Assembly: GCF_001306055.1 (NCBI RefSeq)
Contig: NZ_LGHJ01000028.1
Location: 1-32,000, forward strand
Origin: Bellilinea caldifistulae
GTDB taxonomy: Bacteria; Chloroflexota; Anaerolineae; Anaerolineales; Anaerolineaceae
DNA length: 32,000 nt
Direction: 5' to 3'
Under the pieces are notes generated by a model. The model did not search any database and was not told where the DNA came from. It was given only the letters and a program-made list of their open reading frames with translations. Below, in pieces: positions 9,071 to 15,600 of the stretch (position 1 is the stretch's first letter; every line of letters starts with the position of its first letter). The position numbers and the translations under genes are program-made.

Positions 9071-9321
9071 GGCAGGGCAGTATAAACAGGCGTCCCTCTA
9101 CCCGGAGGGATGTGTACGGGAAGCGGAAACCGTGCGCTTGACAATTCCGGCTCTGCCCTGCCGGATGCCAAAACCCACCCGAAAGGAGGTGAGAGCCTGC
9201 AATACCCAAATTCATTTCAGGGAGAGCGGGCGCAAACTCCGGCACAGCCGGGAACGGGTTGCGGCGTCCAATCTCCCGCCGGGAAGGACACCCTCCTGCC
9301 CGCCATGCCAACCTCACCGCT

Positions 9322-9356
9322 GACGGGACGGATAAATCCCGTCTTGCACCTTAACA
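9322..9356 (+). promoter_or_regulatory. repeated structured module, 3' half copy (C2)
   Basis: GACGGGA...TCCCGTC hairpin at 9322-9343, followed by TTGCACCTTAACA ending at 9356. Compare GCAGTACCTTAACA in copy B and ACTGCACATTAACA in copy D. Confidence 0.4.
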
Positions 9357-9392
9357 AGGTTATATCGCTCGCCAATCGCCTCGTTCTCTTTC

Positions 9393-9467
9393 GGGCAGCC
9401 GCACCTGCCCGCCGACTCATACACCACATGGGTCGGCGGTGCGGAGCCGACCCGAAGGAGGATTGCC
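9393..9467 (+). promoter_or_regulatory. structured 5' leader L2 (paralogue of L1)
   Basis: GGGCAG-CCGCAC-CTGCCC at 9393-9410. GGGTCGGC-GGTGCGGA-GCCGACCC at 9430-9453, followed directly by GAAGGAGG and ATG 9468. Confidence 0.5.
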
Positions 9468-9845
9468 ATGTCTTTCACCCCTCTACCGGGCAAAATCGTT
9501 GCCCAAGTCACCGTTACCGAAGAGGACGTTTTCTACGCATTGGTCTATCGGGAACAGGCAAAAGATTGGCGGAAATTCATCGAATACCTGTGCGATCATC
9601 TGGCAGATGCGCTCAATGAGCATGTGTACGATGAAATCCGCTACCTCTACGATGCCTGGCTGGAACAACAGCAGGAAGAATGTCCTCACCGGCGAACCAC
9701 CGTCATCACTACCGGCGGCTATCACTTTGACGCAGGAGAGGTTTGGGATGACCTCCACGAGGAAGTCCACTGCCTCGACTGCGGAGCCGTGCTGACTGTG
9801 CTGACTGATGAAGACGAAGAAGAGCCTGCTGAGGATATGCCATGA
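9468..9845 (+). CDS. hypothetical acidic protein with a possible Zn-binding pair (CPH ... CLDCG), 125 aa
   Basis: It has a strong SD site, and its stop overlaps the next start (ATGA at 9842-9845). Confidence 0.65.
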   Translation: MSFTPLPGKIVAQVTVTEEDVFYALVYREQAKDWRKFIEYLCDHLADALNEHVYDEIRYLYDAWLEQQQEECPHRRTTVITTGGYHFDAGEVWDDLHEEVHCLDCGAVLTVLTDEDEEEPAEDMP

Positions 9846-10048
9846 GACCAGAAGTAGGCGAAATCGTCCGAATTGGTAAAAGCACTTTTGTCGTCATCCT
9901 GGTCTCCGACCTGGGAGATGACCGTTGGGTAGTCTGGCTGCGGTTACTGGGGCGTGGAAAACGCCGTTACACCACCCACGCTTGGCGTTCTGCCAGCGGT
10001 CAAATCGTGTATGGCGAACCCTTGCAAGCCGTCCCTTCCTTTCGGTAA
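9842..10048 (+). CDS. hypothetical small protein (68 aa)
   Basis: It is translationally coupled to the upstream gene by an ATGA overlap. No motifs are recognised. Confidence 0.5.
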   Translation: MRPEVGEIVRIGKSTFVVILVSDLGDDRWVVWLRLLGRGKRRYTTHAWRSASGQIVYGEPLQAVPSFR

Positions 10049-10125
10049 CGCCAAAAACCCCGCCGTGCCGGGGAGAACTAGTCTCTCCCGGTGCGGCACG
10101 GCGTACCGGGAAAAGGAGGATTATC

Positions 10126-10434
10126 ATGTTGCAAGAAGCCACACTCAAACGGCTGGAAAAAGGGCTGCTGGGTGCAGCCAACGGGCTGATCAAAATTGTC
10201 TCGCGGATGACCGCCAAAGCCCCTGACGGGAATACCGCCATACTGTGGGAGATTTTCTCCCGGCAAAGCAATCCGCAAGGCACGACCTACTTTGTGGGTT
10301 ACAAGCCTGCAACCGGTGAATGGCGTTGTACCTGCCCGGACTTCCAGAAGCGGGGCCACAAAACGCCTTGCAAGCATATCTTGCTGGCACAGGTGGAACA
10401 CCAGCAACGGGTAGAGGAGGCGCAGCATGGCTAA
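10126..10434 (+). CDS. SWIM zinc-finger protein (102 aa)
   Basis: AAAGGAGGA SD lies before ATG 10126, in frame with track ORF 9925-10434. WRCTCPDFQKRGHKTPCKHIL matches the CxC-x(n)-CxH SWIM signature. Confidence 0.7.
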   Translation: MLQEATLKRLEKGLLGAANGLIKIVSRMTAKAPDGNTAILWEIFSRQSNPQGTTYFVGYKPATGEWRCTCPDFQKRGHKTPCKHILLAQVEHQQRVEEAQHG

Positions 10435-10696
10435 GATCACCCTGTGGTACCCGGAAGAGAGACCGTCTTATGCCATCTACGACTGGGACGGCAATCTCCT
10501 GGAAGAGGGTCCAATGCTGACCGCCGATGAGGTGTACTGCGATCTGTGTAACGCAGAAGTACCGCTGAACCCGGCACCGATGATCGGCAGTTATGTTCTT
10601 TGTCTCGACTGTCTGGAAAAGATCGAACCGTCCTGGCGGAAGCAGATCAGTCCCTTATTGGAGATGATCTGGCGAGAGCAAATGGCGAGCGAGTAA
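10427..10696 (+). CDS. hypothetical zinc-ribbon protein (CDLC ... CLDC), 89 aa
   Basis: GAGGAGG SD lies 6 nt before the ATG. It overlaps the upstream gene by 8 nt. Confidence 0.6.
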   Translation: MAKITLWYPEERPSYAIYDWDGNLLEEGPMLTADEVYCDLCNAEVPLNPAPMIGSYVLCLDCLEKIEPSWRKQISPLLEMIWREQMASE

Positions 10697-10701
10697 CACC
10701 C

Positions 10702-10723
10702 GGCAGGGCTACCCAGCCCTGCC
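10702..10723 (+). terminator. post-gene hairpin with conserved TACCCA loop (copy 2)
   Basis: GGCAGGGC-TACCCA-GCCCTGCC starts 6 nt after the stop codon at 10696. Confidence 0.4.
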
Positions 10724-10755
10724 CATCCGAAAATTCCACCCTGCACAGTGCGAAA

Positions 10756-10806
10756 GGCGGTGCAAGTCCGCCAGGGTGATTTCCCGCAAGGGACTGCACA
10801 TTAACA
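10756..10806 (+). promoter_or_regulatory. repeated structured module, copy D
   Basis: GGCGG-TGCAAGT-CCGCC at 10756-10772. CCC-GCAA-GGG at 10783-10792. ACTGCACATTAACA ends at 10806. Confidence 0.45.
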
Positions 10807-10977
10807 ACAGCATAGGCGGATACGGGACGGGTAAATCTCCCTGCCGCACGGCCTCCCTCTGCTCACGATTGTACATCGTGGGTGGAGCGAGACTGTGTGG
10901 CTTACCCCTGACGCAGCAGGGCAATACACTCTGAATTGCCCTCGGCTGCGGACGAGGGCGCAAAAAGGAGGTTTACC

Positions 10978-11787
10978 ATGTCCACTCTTTCTAACATCTT
11001 CACCCTAACCGGTCTGACGCTGGATGAAGCCATCCAGCAGTTGGATCAAGAGTTGCCCGCCGGGGCATACAAGGCAGTGCCGGGAGCGGTTGACCTGACC
11101 GACATTGACCCGAACTGGATGCGGAAAACGCTTAATCATGTGTTTGGGTTGTGTGGGTACGGCTGGGGATACGAGTATGACCCTGCCAATCTGGAATACC
11201 GCTACGAGTCCCGCACCAATGCGAGGGGCAATGAATATGGCGTCTGGTCTGCGGTGTTGACGCATTTGAAGTTCTGGTACAGGCTTCAAAATGATACTGC
11301 CAGCGTGACCCATGTCTGCTCCATCCATGCCAGTGGCGCAAGCGAAAACGCAAACATTGCCTACGCCATGAAAGGGGCGATTACCAACGCTTTGGGGAAC
11401 GCCGTTAGCAATATCGGCTTCCAGGAAAGCGTGTACCTGGGACTGCGGTCTCACAAGGATTTTGCCCCGAACGGCAATGGCAAAGTGACACCCCAGCCTG
11501 CGCCGAAACCCACCCTTGCGCCTGCGGTTGCGTCTGCTGAACCGGCTGAAACGCCTGCACCGGTAGCGGAACTGGCCGATCCGGGTCAGACCGTCATCCA
11601 CTTTGGCAAGATGAAAGACAAGACCATTGCCGAAGTGTGGAAGTCTGGCCCTGCCGGTCAGGGATGGGTACGCTGGGCTGCAAACACGGATGGCAAGGGC
11701 TATGACCCACAAGGCAAGCCCGAAGGCATCCACTTGCAGCGCATGGCGCGGGCATTCCTCAGCCTGCAATCCGCCTATGCTGGCTAA
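10978..11787 (+). CDS. Rad52/Sak-like single-strand annealing protein (269 aa)
   Basis: AAAGGAGG SD lies before ATG 10978. WMRKTLNHVFGLCGYGWGYEY and AMKGAITNALGNAVSNIGF resemble the two conserved Rad52-family blocks (xLNxxFGxxGW and K.A.TDALKRA..xFG). The C-terminal tail is Pro/Ala-rich. Confidence 0.6.
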   Translation: MSTLSNIFTLTGLTLDEAIQQLDQELPAGAYKAVPGAVDLTDIDPNWMRKTLNHVFGLCGYGWGYEYDPANLEYRYESRTNARGNEYGVWSAVLTHLKFWYRLQNDTASVTHVCSIHASGASENANIAYAMKGAITNALGNAVSNIGFQESVYLGLRSHKDFAPNGNGKVTPQPAPKPTLAPAVASAEPAETPAPVAELADPGQTVIHFGKMKDKTIAEVWKSGPAGQGWVRWAANTDGKGYDPQGKPEGIHLQRMARAFLSLQSAYAG

Positions 11788-11802
11788 TTCCCTGCGGGAA
11801 CA

Positions 11803-11826
11803 GAGCCGGACTACCCAGTCCGGCTC
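11803..11826. terminator. hairpin with conserved TACCCA loop (copy 3), placed between convergent transcription units
   Basis: GAGCCGGAC-TACCCA-GTCCGGCTC has a 9-bp stem. It lies at the GC-content break between the two elements. Confidence 0.4.
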
Positions 11827-11829
11827 ATA

Positions 11830-11838
11830 GGCTTAAGA
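11830..11838. repeat. GGCTTAAGA, left copy of a 9-bp direct repeat flanking the AT-rich island
   Basis: It is identical to 30582-30590 and sits where composition switches from GC-rich to AT-rich. Confidence 0.45.
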
Positions 11839-11914
11839 ATGCAATAATAATACCATTTTCAGGATATCCAGTGCCTATCGTAACTTAGCTAAAAAGAAAT
11901 TTGAGTTTGGTTTT

Positions 11915-12622
11915 TTAGCCAAGGATAACTGAATAATTGATACCAATTATCTCTTCACCGCTTGCATCTCGATGTATGCTAAAGGAAGGATTTTCGTAGA
12001 TTGACAAAATAGGTAATTGAATATCAAATGGAAAAATTTCATTTGCCCTGATTAAGTCTTGAAGCGGTAAATATCTGTCCGGAGATTTTAAAATTACTGC
12101 TTCAAATAACCACTCAATCAACTCAGTATTTGAGATTATCCTTGGAGATGATGTGATGAAGCCATTTTCTCTTTGTTCCAGGACTCCCCAATTGAGAAGA
12201 GTTTGAATTATTCGTTCTATTGATCTCTTAATCGTTATCTGATTGCTATATTCTCCTAGAATTCTAGAAATGACCTCTTGCTTTGTGATGGTCTCTTGGA
12301 TTTTCGATAGAGAACCAATTATTTTTACCGTCTGGCTAAATATAGGGAATATACACAAAGACATTCCCCAGTGAAGAGCCAAATGCTCATTAGTGGATAA
12401 ATTGGGTAAAAGGACTACTGCTTTTTCCTTCAATCGTTGGTAAAGTGGTTCTTTGGGAAACCACATATTCGATAAAATGTTTGCTGTTCTTCGCCCTGAT
12501 TGAGGAGCTATCCCTTGCATTATCAGAAAAGGTTTAATCTGAGAGGGATCCCCTTTTTGCATGGCCACATTCAGCGCAAATTCTGCCCACTCATAACGGA
12601 TAAATCGGTCAAAAATGGTCAT
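11915..12622 (-). CDS. all-helical 235-aa protein, BrxA (DUF1819)-like by pattern; last gene of the operon
   Basis: ATG 12622-12620 overlaps the helicase stop codon (ATGA). The segment order resembles BrxA blocks: APQSGRRTANILSNMW / EHLALHWGMSLCIFPIF / ITIKRSIERIIQTLLNWGVLE. This similarity was judged by eye only. Confidence 0.75.
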   Translation of the reverse strand: MTIFDRFIRYEWAEFALNVAMQKGDPSQIKPFLIMQGIAPQSGRRTANILSNMWFPKEPLYQRLKEKAVVLLPNLSTNEHLALHWGMSLCIFPIFSQTVKIIGSLSKIQETITKQEVISRILGEYSNQITIKRSIERIIQTLLNWGVLEQRENGFITSSPRIISNTELIEWLFEAVILKSPDRYLPLQDLIRANEIFPFDIQLPILSIYENPSFSIHRDASGEEIIGINYSVILG

Positions 12623-15600
12623 ATAGCATCCTCGTGTGGTAGAGGTTTGTCTAGAATCTGCCCAAGAACTATCCAAGCCAAACGACGCTCAAGTTTATCA
12701 TGGAGATACTGATTCTGATAACTGCGCAGACATGAGTAGCAACTGGTATCTTGACTGCAACCTTTACATCCTACCACCCGATCATAAGCGCCTTCAAATA
12801 CTTTATACAGATTGTCATAAATCATGCGGACATAACCTGCGCCTCCGGGGGTGTTATCATACAAGATGAATGAGGGTGTACCCTCTCGGTAATACACAAC
12901 CCCGTCCACTTCATTTACAGGTATATCCAATTTTTCCACAGCACCAAATAACAGGGCATAGAGGACCGAATAAATAGTTTTCTCATCTTGAATTGAAATA
13001 CTCAAGTTAAGCTCCAGCACATCGGTCATAAAGCGGTGTCCAAGGTGATAAATTGCATAAGTTCCACTACATTCCTTGCCAGTTTCCGGGTTTTTGTGAT
13101 TGGGTTTCTTGTGACGATGTTGAGAAGGATTAACCACTTCAGCGTATCCGCATGTTCTGCACACTCGAAAGCCATCCCCGTAGCCGTTATTCACCCGCAC
13201 TAACCAACCATATCGGGAATAACCCTTGTAGACGGAGATACCTGATGAGAACTCTGGGTCGATTTCCAGAGGTAAATCTAGTTTTTCGTAGGTGTTCGAT
13301 TGAGTTGTGTAGTGTGAGAAATAAACCTTGCTTGCGTAGATCCGTTCTGGGGGTTGTTCTCCCGGTATATCCGTTTCGCTTGAAGCCACAAAACCAAGTT
13401 CTGGTATAATGAAAGTTCCTGCTAACCTGTTCCTGATATTAACCATCGTCCCACACACAGCACAATGATCAATGGGTGCTGTCTCACCCGCTCTTATATT
13501 CATTCGCTTACAATTTGGACAAACTGCATACGAGAAAGGTTCCCATGATTTTTGGGGATGTTTTTTGATCCCCTTGCTGTACCAAATCCGCTTTGCGGCA
13601 ACCACCTGTCCACCGGGAGCAAATTCAGAAATAGCTATTTGTAAATCACGTTCTAACTGAATATCTTTTGCAATTTCAATATTAAGGTGATTCGTCTGCA
13701 ATGTAACTACATCAGTTGGAAAACCATATTTTGGTAGGACATTCGTAGAACCCAAATACCCTAATAAATCTCGTTCACGAATCTGTTTCTGGATTTGCAT
13801 GTATTTTTGTGCCTGGGAATAATTTCGGTTCGCAGATGCTTGTTGCTCTAAATTTTGGAATTCATTGATTTCTCTCTGAATGGTTTGAACAGATTTATCT
13901 AAAACAGCTTCGTCACTTTCCAGTAAATAAACCTGCCATTCCCAATTTTTCAATTTTAATGTTTCGCGCAGTTCGTCATCATTGGGAATAATTCTCTCAA
14001 GTGCAAGTTCAATTTCAGACGGACGATTTTGAAGGAATTTCTTAAGCAATTCAGGCCCATTAGGGTAAGATATGTTTTCCGGATCCACAAAATCTCCCAC
14101 ATTCCGGTACTCAATGTTGTAATTTTCTTTCACCCATCGGAAAAATGCAGCAAAGACTACCGAATGTAAATGGCGTCGAATAATTTTGTCATTCTTCAGT
14201 GAAATGATGGGTGGACGGATTTTTCCGGAAACCATCGTTTCCGGAGAATCATAAAACATCAAGTCATGAGGACGACGTTGGGCAAAGGTGACTACCATTG
14301 CTACGCTATCCGTCCTACGCCCAGTCCGTCCAGCACGTTGAATGTAGTTTGCACTGGAAGGGGGCATATTGCGCAGTACCACTGCATTCAAGTCTCCAAC
14401 ATCTACCCCTAATTCAAAGGTGGTGGAAGAACTCAGAACATTGATTTTCCCTACAACAAAATCTTTTTGAACTTCTGCTGCTTTTGCAGAGACCCATTGG
14501 GCAGTGTGTTCTTCAGCCTCTAAAGGGACAATGTACTCGTGAAGATATTGGGAACGATACATGTTATCTTTAAGCCATGCACCATGATCACCGAGCGGAT
14601 GCAAGGATCCCATGCACCCGTATGTGGGACACACATTATTCAAATTATGTGGGGTCAGGTTTTGGCATTTATCGCAAATATACCATTTCCCTATACCTTC
14701 ATCTATGGCTGGAATAACTTCCCAGGCTTGATGGTTCAGGCGGTACAATACCCCTTCACCTTTGATGTTTGCTTTTTTCAGCCAAAAGTCTTGCACAGGA
14801 CTGGCGTTTCCTGTGAGATATTCCCAAATTTCCATTAATAACTCGAGACTAAGCGTAAGAACTTTGTCTTCTGCTAACTGAGACTGTTGGCGCCTTAACA
14901 ACCGCGTCAAATAATCAAGGCGCGTATTCTTCATATTGGGTGCAGGACACCAACTATAAATTCCTTGTTGACTTGTTACACTCGCTCCATTATTTCGCAC
15001 ATAGAACAATTTATTTCTGGGCAGAAAGGCATTTTGCCTTTCTGCTAACAAATCAATCCCTTCATCTTCCAACAGATAAGTTACCGCTCCTTGCCGACGG
15101 AGTGTATTTAGCAAAATGGTTAAGAGGTTTTTCGCTTCGTCTGAAGTCAGATTCCACGGAGATTGGTTGAAAACTTCTGGAAGCATCCACCCTGCCCCAA
15201 ATTTTGGTTGGAAATAGACCAGCCCTACCCCTTCGAGACTAATTCGTTTATCTAAACCACTGAATTCTTGCATGAGCCAGGATGCTACCTCTATTCGCTT
15301 GTTCCTGATCGACTCTTCTATATAAAAAACCCCATATTGATCAACCAATTTGATTAGGGGGGGCAAACAATCGGGTACACGCATGGGTTCTCCCATGTCC
15401 AGTTGACTTTGTTGTTTCAACATCTTTGTAATTAAACGACGCTGCAAAATCTTCTTTTGAGCACGTTCCAGATAAGCAGCAAAAAAAGCCGCTTGCTGGC
15501 GATTATCGGAAAAAACCAGCATTTTCCGTCCTTCACCGGGGTATTGACGCTCCGTTTCTTTTCGCGCAGGAGGTACATGCTCATATAAAGCGCCAGCCAG

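Larger units (their letters stand above)
6801..11838. mobile_element. small integrative phage-like/satellite-like element (integrase, nuclease, SSAP, small Zn proteins; no structural genes in view)
   Basis: All genes are on the plus strand with strong SD sites. The integrase sits at the left end. GC is high relative to the adjacent island. GGCTTAAAA at 6801-6809 and GGCTTAAGA at 11830-11838 lie at the two edges. Confidence 0.45.

Noticed and set aside
8928-9619. ORFs 8928-9323 (131 aa) and 9110-9619 (169 aa) in the large intergenic region.
   Set aside because: They have no SD sites and an Arg/Pro/Ser-rich composition. They run straight through tandem repeats, terminator-like stems and the conserved leader hairpins. 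The second also overlaps the SD-led gene at 9468 in another frame.
11005-11769. 254-aa minus-strand ORF opposite the Rad52-like gene.
   Set aside because: It is an antisense GC-rich frame without motifs or an SD site. The plus-strand frame has SSAP-like blocks and a strong SD.
12622-12676. Longer start (12676) for the last operon gene, and longer starts at 24026, 27729 and 29507 for upstream genes.
   Set aside because: The internal ATGs give classic stop-start coupling or an SD site at proper spacing. The extended N-termini overlap the preceding gene or lack an SD. The longer starts cannot be excluded without experimental data.
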